A DNA stretch of 38,145 nucleotides from Chiloscyllium plagiosum. Lineage: Eukaryota. Below are positions 1-11,851 of this stretch, piece by piece. A model generated the notes under the pieces. It was not told the origin of the DNA. It saw nothing but the letters and a program-made list of their open reading frames with translations, and ran no database searches. Every line of letters begins with the position of its first letter. Positions within the stretch are counted from its first letter, which is position 1. The stretch is taken from the NCBI RefSeq assembly GCF_004010195.1, contig NW_025215360.1:87634-125778 (forward strand), given 5' to 3'. A program made the translations under genes and the position numbers.

Positions 1-64
1 TGTGGGATGGGTGGGTGTGTGGGGTGTGGTGGGGTGGTGTGGGATGGGGGGGTGGGGGTGGGGT
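1..64 (+). repeat. G/T-rich simple repeat, G-quadruplex-capable
   Basis: Repeated GGG(G)T/GTG units with more than four G3+ runs at the window start. Confidence 0.8.
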
Positions 65-1628
65 GAGGAAGGTATCACATCAGCTGCAAATCCATAACTA
101 AGTCAACTTTGTTTTCTAACCGCACTGAAACATTATTGCTCACATAAGCCACGACCTAATCCTACCCCTTTCGAACTGAACCTTAACGGGTGACCACAAG
201 ACCAAACAAAAAATGCGCCAGAAATGTTCAAAAACTCACATTACATCAAATGATTTACGGAGGTTTATCCCCAAGCACCGGATCAAGTTACAAAACCCCC
301 CGAGCGTCCAACCCCAGCATGTTTCCGAAGGTTCCGTGTGAACACCGCTCGGCTTGACTGAAATCTGCTAAAAGCTGCAGTTCTTGACCCTCGATTGCTG
401 CTAATCGATATTCAAAACGTCAAACAAAGTCACATTGCAGCGGTTTTGAAACCTGTAGCATCGTTTTGAAATGATTCGCAGCAGTTGCAGTGGGCGCCTG
501 GCGACAGGCAGCTTTCCCAGCTGCAGTTTGGGATCACGGCTGACTATCTGAATGACGAGATTGGCATGCGGGCTTTTAAAGCTCACTTCGAATAAAGTTA
601 GAAACTTTATCGGCATGCTGAACTCCAAGTGAACTGTTGAAAAAGGTTGCTCCCCCAAAAGCAGCGCCAGAAATATTTTATTTCACCAGGAACCGCCTTT
701 AAGCGAGTGACCTCTTAATAACAAGGCAAAAGGATTTCATTGGGGAGGGAAGCGTTATTTGTCTAATGTTACCCACTGGAATTATCCTACACCAATTGGG
801 CGTGTATACCCAATATTAAATCAGTGGAGAGTTTTCTGCTGTTTCTCTCCTACATTATGGTTTACAGGTTTCCCTTTATTTACGCGTGTTCAGATGGCAC
901 ACGGCTCCTCCTTCTGGTGATAGGTTACAATGTGAGTATCGAGTAAATTCGGCCATGTAACCAGCTGGTAACGACGGCGGCTTCGTTGCAATCGTTTATT
1001 AGTTTGATAAAACAATTGACTGCACGAATATTAGTTGCCACATCATAGGCGGGGATCAGCCGCTGTTACCAGGTACTGTTCCTGCCACCTGGTCACTGGG
1101 AGCAATCCCAGGGACACGCGGCACTTCAGGATTGAAAAAAAAACCAACTTCCTTCGCGCCAAATGCAAAATTATTATTAGTTCAGAACGTGCATCTCCTT
1201 TACTGCAGGTCAACTGTTTAAAATCTTAACTGCCCCGATCACGGTGAATTCCAAATAGCTAAAATAGTGCATTGTTTAGTCAGACGGGTGATCTGATGGT
1301 TATTTTACCAAAAAAAAACAAAACTGCAGTCAATATTATTAGAATTAAAATAAAAGAACCACCGATTGAGTATGGAGTAGTCATTAGGAAGATGTTTTGC
1401 ACTCCTGGAAGATCACCTGTATTTCTCTCTCCCCAGAGATGTTCATTTCATACATATACAGGCGGTCACCTCTGGACCTAAGAACCCATGAAAGCTGTAG
1501 CGGGCTGGCAGTACAAGAACAAAATGCCACGAATTTGCAATCTTTCTCCTCTCTGACTTGTATCTGAAATAGTTATGCGATATTACACAATGCGGGACTG
1601 CCTGGTAAAGCAGTCTGGGATCTCATGA

Positions 1629-1720
1629 GCTGAAAATGTGTTGCTGGAAAAGCGTAGCAGGTCAGGCAGCATCCAAGGAACAGGAGAATCGACGTTTCGG
1701 GCATAAGCCCTTCTTCAGGA
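1629..1720 (-). mobile_element. Penelope-like element pLTR fragment (short insertion) with apparent 9-bp TSD
   Basis: Minus strand reads cctgaagaagggcttatgcccgaaacgtcgattctcctgttccttggatgctgcctgacctgct...ttccagcaacac and is homologous to the copy at 2298-2380. Flanked by direct repeat atctcatga (1620-1628 and 1721-1729). Confidence 0.75.
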
Positions 1721-1725
1721 ATCTC
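1684..1725 (-). ncRNA. Minimal type-I hammerhead ribozyme motif
   Basis: Minus strand: gagattc-CTGAAGA-a-GGGC ttat GCCC-GAAA-c-GTC-gattctc. Stem I pairs 6 of 7 bp, stem II is 4 bp, stem III is the palindrome ACGT, and the cleavage triplet is GUC. Confidence 0.7.
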
Positions 1726-2206
1726 ATGACACAACTTGCAAGTGGTACCAGCTGGACAGTCCGTTCTGTAAATAAACCAGCGACCTCTTTGTGTCTATGC
1801 TGTAGCCTTACGCACGGATGAGAGAGAACTCAGCACCTATAGCTAATTCTCTGCGGATGAGCGTTTTCATTTCAGAGCTCTACCAGCCGATCCAACTGTT
1901 ACTGCAGCCTTTGTGCCAATATAATGCCATTAGAGAAAAAAAGCTATGTTTACAGTGGAGCGAACCTGAAGTACAGTTACCAGCAGGTTTCAGCCTGGAA
2001 AGCTCTGCTGGCAAAGGTTCCCGAATTGTTGCAAGTTTTGTGGAACGCTCTCGGATCCTTTAAGAGAAGCACAGACAGAACTGCATCCCAACAGTTAAAA
2101 ATAATGTCCATTTACAGCAGGAAGGGGACCATTTCCTTCCCTTCTCTAAACATTGAAGCTAAGGTCAGTGGGTTTACACGCTCGAGATTTGACAGGGCAG
2201 ATTTGG

Positions 2207-2428
2207 CACCTATTGTACTCCATGCTACTCTCTCCCCACCCCCACCCTCACCCTCCTCTAGCTTATCTCTCCACGCTTCAGCCTCTTTGCCTTTATTCCT
2301 GATGAAGGGCTTTTGCCCGAAACGTCGATTTTACTGCTCCTCGGATGCTGCCTGAACTGCTGTGCTCTTCCAGCACCACTAATCCAGAATCTGGTTTCCA
2401 GCATCTGCAGTCATTGTTTTTTTTTACC
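2207..2428 (+). mobile_element. Penelope-like element 3'/pLTR fragment
   Basis: Pyrimidine-rich tract followed by cctgatgaagggcttttgcccgaaacgtcga...tcggatgctgcctgaactgctgtgctcttccagca...ccagcatctgcagtc. Same family as 1629-1720, in opposite orientation. Boundaries approximate. Confidence 0.75.
2294..2331 (+). ncRNA. Minimal type-I hammerhead ribozyme motif
   Basis: attc-CTGATGA(2299-2305)-a-GGGC tttt GCCC-GAAA-c-GTC(2324-2326)-gatt. Catalytic core and stem II are intact; stem I is weak. Confidence 0.65.
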
Positions 2429-2573
2429 AGGCTGAACATACAGTCCGTTCAGTGACAAATTGAATCAGCGTGACACGCGATCCTATTGCCTCACCGACAA
2501 ACTTGCTGTGCAAATAAACCGCATTGCTTCAGTTCGGCGCTACTTTCACGGCAAAAGCACAAAGATTTTGAGC

Positions 2574-3248
2574 TTGTATCGTGGTGAGGGCAATAATTTA
2601 ATTCCCTTTGTGTAGGAGTCAGCTGACCAGCTAGAGGGAAAAAAAAGTTCACGACTACCTCCGCCGAGCGGCCTTTGTTCTTATTTGAATGCAGTACAGC
2701 TTTCCACTGAACTTATAAAGGCTGGCTGCACGTTTCATTCTGCTTGTCGGGATAGAGCTCCGTTTTTATGCCAATCCTGTTCCACCAGTTAAACTTTAAA
2801 CACGTGGGCAGCTTGTGGGGGCATAAGTGTTCACGTAAATCTGTAATCATGACCTGCCCTGACTGCAGCCAAAGCGAGCAGACTGGAGTGTAAATTCAGC
2901 GTGGTGTCAAATCAGATGTTCAACGTACCCTTCGTATTCTTGGATCACCTGCACACTTTAAGCTTGTCAGTATTTAATTTTGACCATTTAGACAATGCCA
3001 ACGCAATTGTCCACATGTTTAAAGTGTAACTGCTGGAAGAGGATTGGTGTAAATAACGGAGCTCTCTCCTGAGAAGTAGAATGAAACGTGTTGCCAGCCT
3101 ATATAAACTGAGCACTGCTCGAGGGAGCTGCATTCAAATGAAAACAAAAGGCCGCTCGGTGGAGGTGGTCGTGAACATTTTTTTTCTTTACTATGCACGA
3201 ATCAGCTGACCAGCTAGGAATTAAAGTATCGCTCCCACCCCTGTACAA
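2574..3248. repeat. Diverged inverted duplication (arms ~2574-2824 and ~2995-3248, ~170-bp spacer)
   Basis: The reverse complement of the right arm aligns with the left arm, e.g. gttcacgactacctccgccgagcggcctttg / gttcacgaccacctccaccgagcggccttttg and cacgtttcattctgcttgtcgggatagagctccgtt / cacgtttcattctacttctcaggagagagctccgtt. Roughly 80% identity by eye. Confidence 0.9.
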
Positions 3249-3844
3249 ACCCACGTTCACCCATTTACGTTAAGAATGTACATTTGTATCACTTAGATTT
3301 TGAATGTAATTCCGGCCTAATTTGAATCTGTCAGTTTGCGACATTTCCAAAGCAGGAAGCAATGGTAAAGCGCGACTTCATCGTTAAAGCATTGTAAATT
3401 TGGCCTTCAGAGTACTTATGTGTTTATTATCCATTGTCGGTGTAGGAACTGACAAAACTAAACAAGACAAGCATAACCCAGCTGTAGGAGACGAACTATA
3501 AGTAAAAAGTGTTCCACATTCAATGACACATTCAATTACAATAGAAGCAAAGCACAGACAAACTTTTTAAACAAACATTTAGAAAGCATTGAATACCAAA
3601 AAAAAAGTAACATTTTACTAGGTTTTGAGAGCTGTGTAAACAGCTTGGCATGGATGTCAGCCAAGTGATGATCTGCCAACTGGCCAGACACCAATTAACT
3701 GCACAAAACTAATTAGCACTAACCATTGTCATCAGGTATAGCACTTTAAAAAAATCTAGGATCCAAGAAGTTTTTAATCCAATTTCATGTCAGCACTCCT
3801 TACTGCAGTCAGATTGAAATGGGAGAAAAATCCTTTTGAGCACT

Positions 3845-4478
3845 AGGGCCTTTAGTGACTATATTAATGGACTAATTAACTAAAGGCCTGGCTTAATGAT
3901 CCACAGATATAAGTTCAATTCAAGAACTGGGAAGCATCTGAAAAATTTAAGTTACATTCATTAAAAATCTGGATTTTAAATAATCCAGTATCAACAATGA
4001 TGGGTATGAAACTAATGGATTGTGTCAAAGAAGAAATAAAATCTGCCAATCCTACTTGGTCTCTGCAACTCCATGTGGTTGACAACTGGCATCTGTAATG
4101 GTCTAGCTAGCTGCTCAAGCATATATAGGTTTACGGTGACAGGAGAAAGATATAAAAGGGATCTAAGGGACAACTTTTTCACACAGAGAGTGGTACGTGT
4201 ATGGAATGAGCTGCCAGAGGAAGTGGTGGAGGCTGGTACAATTACAGCATTTAAAAGGCATCTGGATGGGTATACAACTAGGAAAGGTTTAGAGGGATAT
4301 GGGCCAATTGCTGGCAAATGGGACTAGATTAGGTTAGGATAACTGGTCAGCATGGATGGGGGTCTATTTCTGTGCTGTATATCTTTATGACTCTGAGAAG
4401 GTGCCACTTTCTCAATGACAAATTGGGATGGGTAAAATAATTGCTGATATTTACCATGATATACTTTATGAATGAATT
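3845..4478 (+). mobile_element. Old L2-tailed shark SINE interrupted by a CR1 3' fragment
   Basis: Body resembles a shark SINE (aaatctgga...tagtatcag...catgaaact...aaatctgcc...actcca..tgtggttgac). The L2-type tail caattgggatggg-aataa-tgctg...atgaatgaa resumes after the CR1 insertion at ~4400. Family recognised from memory. Confidence 0.5.
4118..4397 (+). mobile_element. CR1 (HER1-like) LINE 3' end
   Basis: Translates to RFTVTGERYKRDLRDNFFTQRVVRVWNELPEEVVEAGTITAFKRHLD, the CR1 ORF2 C-terminus, followed by a 3' UTR ending ...tatgactct. Confidence 0.92.
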
Positions 4479-6954
4479 TCTATCAAATTTAAAACAATTG
4501 CTGATTATCTTTTCCCTATGCATTTATTAAGCAATGAAGAGGAAGATGTCATAATCCAACAGAAATAGATTCACAGAGAATTGTATATATGCCCGTTTGG
4601 GGGTGGAGAGAGAAAAAAAGAACTTTTCCCTTGCTAAGTTGTGAACATTAGCCCTTAAGAGTGGAAATGCAATGCACTATTCCTAATTTCAACACTAAAT
4701 GCCAATGTCATGCATTAGTAGATCAGGTGTGATTGCTTGCTTTACCTTTACCTTATATTGTAGTTATAACAAAATTGGTTCTGCCATATGTCATATACAT
4801 GCAGTTGATAGCACTTTGGTTAAAAAGCATTATTTCCACTTTGAGACAAATACGGTCAAAAGAAATGGCACATGCAACTATCCCAATTAACCAGAGGTGA
4901 AGAAACACTTTTAGTACACAGTATTCAAAAAATACAATGAACACATTACAGAGTGAGCCTTAGAGTGTAGCCAATCACAGATTCTTGCTAATGGTACAAA
5001 GGATATGATACAAATATATAGATAATCCAAACTATTGCACTTAACAGGCTGATATATTTAATGACAATGCCTATGTAAATTAATCCTAATATGGAGGAAG
5101 ATATATATATGTTCTTGTGCTAGTTTACATGAGGATTATTGGTAAATTGAATCATATTCTGTTATATGAAATTGTTTGATTATAAATTGATCAACTAAAT
5201 CTAAAATGGACAAATAGAACACCGGAACAGTGTTATAGGTTTAAGCCAGGCAGCACTGAATTCCAGTTATTAAGACTGATTTAGGGCACAACTGGGAATG
5301 GCTATTTACATCATAACCTCATGGTAAACAAGACAGGCACAGGGCCTTATTCACATAGTTTCTCTGCAAATAATCAAGTGTTTTGTTCTTCTGCAGCTGC
5401 TGGATGAAAAAGGTCAAAGGACAGATTATTTTACCAGTTGCTGGGTGAATACCATCAATCCAGTTTTTTTTATTATTTTCCCAAAATTTGACGGACATAG
5501 AGTGCTATCTTTATTCTTTGTGTCATATAAAACAGTTTTGATATGTAGAGTAAATTGTCAATGCAAACAATGGTGCATCAATTTCCGAACAGACAGGATC
5601 TTGAAGCTTATTCTAACTTTTAAAACAGTTTCTTCCCATGGCACATTTGTGCACTTGTTATACTCCAAGAACATGAATAAAAACATTTAAAAGTGTGCTA
5701 TCTACAGTTGGAGATTATCTCATGGTTAACCTATCTGACCAATAGGTAGAAGGCAAACAAACAATTTAATAAAAAGCTGAAAGGTCTGATTGTTACTACT
5801 AATAAGATCACTGGTACTATTTCACTTCCTGGTTGATGTCCTATTACTTGAATACTGCAAATTATCCCGTTGTCAAATAAGAGGGCGAAGGATAATGTTC
5901 AAAATGTCTGCCTCCCCAAAGACTTAATAATTCCATAAAAGCTTTCCTCATCCATCCCAGAAAATAACCAGGTGCGTCCTCCCTCTGGTCGTTTCTATAC
6001 AACAATTAAATGTTACATCAGAAAACAGATTGTATTAATGTAATCTCGGTCTTGAATACCCGTAAGTAACTAATTGTTCTTGAACTAGCCTGTGAGAAGG
6101 ACGAAGTGACAAATACACACTACCTTGCGTGAGTTAGTAATTTTAGAAGCCTGTAATCTGTCTTTCATTACTGTCAATATATGTTCATCCACTACCCTTC
6201 TGCACACACACACATACACAAATGCCCGGTCACATTAAAGTACAAAAATGCGAATTAACACATCAAATTCACGGTCAGAGTGTCTTATACTTTCCCTGAG
6301 GAACAAGCTGCACATCATGTTACACAAGGGGTGAAGAAAAGATTAGGCCATTTCGGGAAAGGACTTGTAAATAATGTCAACACGGCGAGCTTTAAAGTCA
6401 GTGGTCTATTAATAGCACTCGTAACACCAAATCATTTCTCTACTTTAAGAGTATGCGGACCTCTACCTTGGGATATTTTCCTAAAATTGTTTTCGTCCGT
6501 TTGTGTCTAGATAAACACATTGTGGGCAAATTAGAATTTATTATTAGAACTAGTTATCTTGCTGATCCACCCTGGTAATTATTACACATGGCAACTCATT
6601 CTGGGCTATCTGACAGCTGAAAGCGATACATAACCGAGGGAGAGTCGACCCGGACAGATCACGTGCGGCCCACTGAGAAATGACCTTGAGGGCTGGTCCG
6701 TAAACACATGTAACCTTTGTTCTAATCTGCTGGCGGGATCAAATTGCGGGTTTGAATAAAGGGGGACACGCCAGTGCAAATTTCATTTCAGAATCTGACC
6801 TATCCCTTCACTGAAAACCTTATACTCCAAACCAGAGAACTGGCTAGGGAATACGTGGCCGATAAAAGACAGCATTTTCCCCCATGGACAGCTTTCTCTC
6901 CAAGTTTGATATGCTTATTTACTTATACATGGCACAGAACTGCCGATTCTGGCC

Positions 6955-7020
6955 GGTTTAAAATGGCGGCAACCCGTAGTTAGCCAGACTCTTATTTATA
7001 GAAATCCCTGTTTACAATTT
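6955..7020 (-). promoter_or_regulatory. Compact regulatory module: Forkhead + MEF2/TATA-like + YY1
   Basis: Minus strand TGTAAACA (7009-7016), CTATAAATAAG (6991-7001) and GCCGCCATTTT (6960-6970), the last about 30 nt downstream of the TATA-like element. Confidence 0.5.
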
Positions 7021-7254
7021 CCGAGGAGGGGAGGGAAGATTTTTTCAGCGGGCCATTAGAGGAAGCAAAAAGTTGTAGTTTTTGTAGAGTTTCACTGGGA
7101 AGCTTTGCTCAGGCGGCTATGCCTGTTGGTTTTTTTACTCTGAACAAATCATGAACTACGTTTTAACTCTTGGTTCTTCGGGTGGCACGGAGAAGCAGAA
7201 CCTGAAAGTCCGAGAGAGCAGCGCTGCAGTAACACAGTGGGCCCGGGTCGGTGC

Positions 7255-7281
7255 GAGAGAGAGAGAGAGACAGAGAGAGAG
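7255..7281 (+). repeat. (GA)n microsatellite
   Basis: gagagagagagagagacagagagagag. Confidence 0.85.
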
Positions 7282-9479
7282 CCTGGCCTGATCTCGCCAT
7301 TGTAATCAATAAACCAGGTAGACGCGAGGCGTCTGGTTATTGATGGGTTTTGCACTGCTGCCTCCTAAACATTTCACGACCATGCAGCCTCAACTCTGCC
7401 CTGCGATGGGATTAACTTTAATGACAGGACTTTCTCCATTCCGCGAACACTCCGCGCCATTTTAGAAGCAGCTCCTGCTCGCTAGACACAACGAAGCTCA
7501 GCTCCATGGGGACCGAGTTCATTTTCTGGCTGCGCTCTCCTCTCTGGTTTCTAACAGCACAATTGCGATCCGCTCTGTGTGTGTGTTGCAAGCCCCTTTA
7601 AACAGGATAATCAGATTTACAATGAAAAGCCGGTTGGCCCAAAAGCAGAGCTGCCAGTCAACAACGCCTGAATACAAAGATAAACTGGAAGGGACGTTAG
7701 GAGATATTGATCGCGGATGGGTGATTTCTGCATAATTGTGGAAGGCAGGCAACTAGCTGTATTCTCCATTGTCGGAGCAACAGCTTAGTCGGCAGGATCG
7801 ATTAGCGGCAACCCCTGGGGGAAGCCGAGAGTAGTCTGCAGGACTCTACCAGGAGTATCCAGCAATCCTCATTACAACACCAAAGACCTTTCGGTGGGAT
7901 TTCTTAAACGGCCCACTGCTTCCTTCAAGCTAATCGGAGAGAAAACATAAGTGCAGATAGTACAATGTATCCAACAGATTGGGAGGTGGGGAATGTGCGA
8001 TTTACTACACGGGGTGGCTGGGGGGAAAGACTCAATTGCGATGTTACTCAATTACATTTCAGGTTTTGTTGGGACTAACTTCAGATTTCGAAGAGAGATG
8101 AAGTCGCCTTGACAGAACCGTGTTACAGCGGAGCTAGGAATTTAGTTCGAATTTGATTTCATCTCGCCGCCAATTAAAGTTCCGTGCTTGTTAATAGCAC
8201 TGCGCCTCTCCACTCGTTTTAGTACAAACGGAACTCTGGTCAGGCTGAGCAGAATCGATCCTTCCCCCCACCCATCACAACCCCAAGTGTTTGCGGAATC
8301 GGCAGCTTTCCAACTCAAGTTGGAGAAACCGTTGCCTTATCACAACTGGCAGAAGCTGCAGTATGCTCAGAGTTAGCGGAATCGGCATACTTCCGATTCC
8401 GGGGAGCTGAAAGGCAGTTTTCTCAAGGTTAGCAGTAACAGCAGCTTGCTGAGGGCGAACAGAACTGGGGCGGCGGAAATGGAATCGGGAGAGAGTGAAA
8501 GGTTTCGGTTAAAAAAAAAGTTAGGATCAACAGTACCACAGATCTCCTTAACAAAATTCACACCTCATATTAACAACCTGCTTTAAAACTGTCAGGTACA
8601 TGTACACATTCTTAGAGTTCACTAAGAACACCCCGCCGCACACAGCCAGGGCTACTCGAATAACCGTGTCATAGTGAAGCAGCTAAAACACCCTTCCCGC
8701 CACCTGGCGATACGTTTTCGGCTAAACTCCGGAATAAAAATGAAGACGACCAATGCATTTTGTCTAAGCTGGCTGCCCACATGTGGTCTCTTTATAACGA
8801 GCTTGCCGCCCCCAGGTCTCCCAGTAAAGTCAAACATCGTTTCTGATTTTGACTGTTGCCTCTTTTAGCCAGTGGGATCGCAATAAGCGCCGAGCTAAGC
8901 CACCGAAACATCAGTTCCTGCAAGTTTACATGGTGAATGTAAGCAATAGTTTGATCAAGGTGCCGTCTCCAACAAATTCTGTTTTAAAAACACATGAAAT
9001 GTTTGTGCACTCTCACCCTACTTGTACTACTGAAGAAAGCATTGATTAATGAAGTCCGAAATCAATAATTCAAATTAAAACAACACATAACAGCCAAGAT
9101 CTGTCGTGTTCCTGTGAGCGGACTCTTCATATCTTGAAAGCGCGGAAACTAACGGTGAACCGTGTGTGTACTCGATGGGGGTCTGAAAGCTGCATTCGAG
9201 AACGTGAGCAAGTATCTTGCCCGAGCCTGGAGGGAAACTGAAAGTAAGGGGCCACCCGCCCCTTGGGTTTCATACAGCTTAGTATCACGGCAATGACAGG
9301 CCGATTTAATGGTGAACTGAGAGGAACCAATGTGCAAAGCTCGCTGCCGGGTAAGTGACCTGTAGTTTTAGCCGGAGTATACATGGGACACTATCCAACT
9401 GGAACCAATACTATTGTTCCGGTATAATCAGGAAACGTATGGTACATTCCCGCTCGACCTAACAGGTTTTGGCCAGTGT

Positions 9480-9760
9480 CTCAGTCCTCCCCATGAGCCT
9501 CCTCCACTCCGGTTACTTCATCTGAACTGATCAACATACCCTTCTGTTTCTTGTGTTCATCTTGTTTTCATCTCAATGCGTCTAAGTTGCTCATATCATC
9601 CATTCATTCCACATGGTAGGCACTTCCACATTCGCATCATTTTCTGTACGTGTTAGTAACAGTTTATCTATCGAATCCCTTCCGAATTTGAAAGTCCTCT
9701 ATCAGGTCATCTCTCAAGCATTTTTCCAGTGAAAAGAGACCCAGTATGATTTGTTTTATA
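9480..9760 (-). mobile_element. Highly decayed CR1 3' fragment
   Basis: Plus strand ttccacattcgcatcattttctgt...cctctatcaggtcatctctcaagca..tttttccagtgaaaagagacccagt resembles the antisense CR1 3' segment seen intact at 26490-26720. Confidence 0.55.
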
Positions 9761-11851
9761 CTTGGCAGCTCCCAAAACTGTTTTCCTATAATGCAGGCTT
9801 AGACTTTCTACACCAGGAACAGGTTAAAACCGTGCACACAATTCATTTGGAAAAATGGACAGTACAACTACTTAAGATACTGCCTGTCCTTGTTCAGTAA
9901 ACGGTCTCTCAGTCTGGAGCCCTCTGCCCACACAGTAAGCGGGAAATTAACAACCTGGCCTCTTGCGCTGCTATGACACGGCGCATTTTCACACCCACGT
10001 AATCCAAATAGGGACATTGTGGTCGATGTCCATAATATCCCGCTTTTTCACCATCATGGATTACGGAGAAGAATGTGAATATTAGGCAGCTCTTTGATCT
10101 AACCCTTCGATTGGTCGCTGCAGTGAATTAGTTCATGCCTGCTTTGAGCTTTCAAAGTTGTGTTCATTGATCTTTCTATCTCTTGAGAACTGCACTTCTT
10201 TTCGACTTCCCAAGGTAGCAAGACACACAATATTTACACCAGAACAAATAAAGCAGACATGGCGTCAGGATTTGCGAGAGTTGCTGGAATTAAATACAAA
10301 TGCAGCTCTCTCAGACGTTGGCTGGAGAGAAAGCATTGCTTTCGTGATATGGATGACCCTCAAAGAGTTAACCTCAGACTTGTTAAAAAAATGCGTCGTC
10401 TCTGATTTAAAATAAAATCAGAATACGGTTTTAATAATCATGTCAGCAACGAGGTTGTTATCTCTTAAAGAAAAGGAGAGCGGGTGCTGGTATTAAAGGC
10501 CACATCCTCGAACAGATGTCAGATTATTTCTACTCGTCTCTCAGGATCACCGCTGTAAAAAAAACTACGCATTCTCCCATTTGAAGACCACGAGACCGCC
10601 CAACAACAACATCTTTGTCTGTTCTTATTGCTTTAGAATCTACAGCAGCAGCTGCGTTCCCTAATCATGGTATCACCCCATTATATAGACTGGAGCAAAC
10701 ACATCACAACAGGCCCAAGACGGGGCTCATATTTCCTGATGTTTTTCACCTGAATCTAACTAACGACCTAACCGATTGCAATAAATTAGGAACGGTCTTT
10801 GCAACTGCATTGACCGAGATTTTGATCGTCAACAGAGTACACAACTCCTTCGGACCTCAGTGTCAGTGCGGCGCCTAGGCAGGCCCATTGCATTTCAAAC
10901 GGGCCAAACTCTCCTTGCTTGCTTCAACTGACCATGTGCAACGCAATTATCGAATTTTCTACAAAGGAAGACAAAGAAAAAAAAATCTTCGGAATGGACA
11001 ATTTTATTTCTGACTACATTTCGGGGTATTCTATCAACGCATTTATTCCTTCGTTCACCGTACAAAAAACTAAGCAATGTTATCATATCCCTAGATATCA
11101 ATTTTAAAATATCCATTAATGGGTTACTGGAAGAGCTATAATTCAACTGTTAGCTAACTCAGTCGAGTTTGTAATAGAAAAAAAGTGCCCCAAAACATAC
11201 TTTAGATGTGTCGAAAGGTTTGACCACACACACATTTGTTAAATGACTAAAACCGTTTTCTCACACAATCCTAACCTTGTAAGTCAATTTGCGATAGGCC
11301 TGGAGTCTGAAGCCTTTGTGCGCAAAAGAACGCTTTGTTTTGATCCCCCCCAATGAAGGGTGGGTATAATGATCACATATACAATAACGTGCTCAAACTG
11401 GGTTCACAGCATCCAAAGCACTATTTTTTAATAACAACAAGGAAGGTGGTATTGATGAAAATCATCTTCCAAAAACCGAGGAACTGCCACCTGAATATTG
11501 GGACCAGTGGTCTGATCTACTGCTGCCTGCAGCACCTGTCTCACGTGACTCTCACCACCCCATTATAAACTCATCGTATTTTCCACTTTTATAATGCAGT
11601 GTCAAAAAAAACCAAGTGTTCTGTTTCCGCTGTGGAATTTTCTTTCGTATTTTTCACGAAATGGTTCCAATAAGTGCTCAAAGGGATAGCAAAATAATTT
11701 ATTCCACGCACGTTTTGGAATACTGTGGATTGCACTTTAATATGAAGGTGTCGTGCATTAAATTTAGTTTTAATAAGATAACCATTCTTTTAGAAAGTCT
11801 CTTTTTCAGGACTGGAAATGTTCCAGTGAATGTCACTAATCACCTAGCTAT

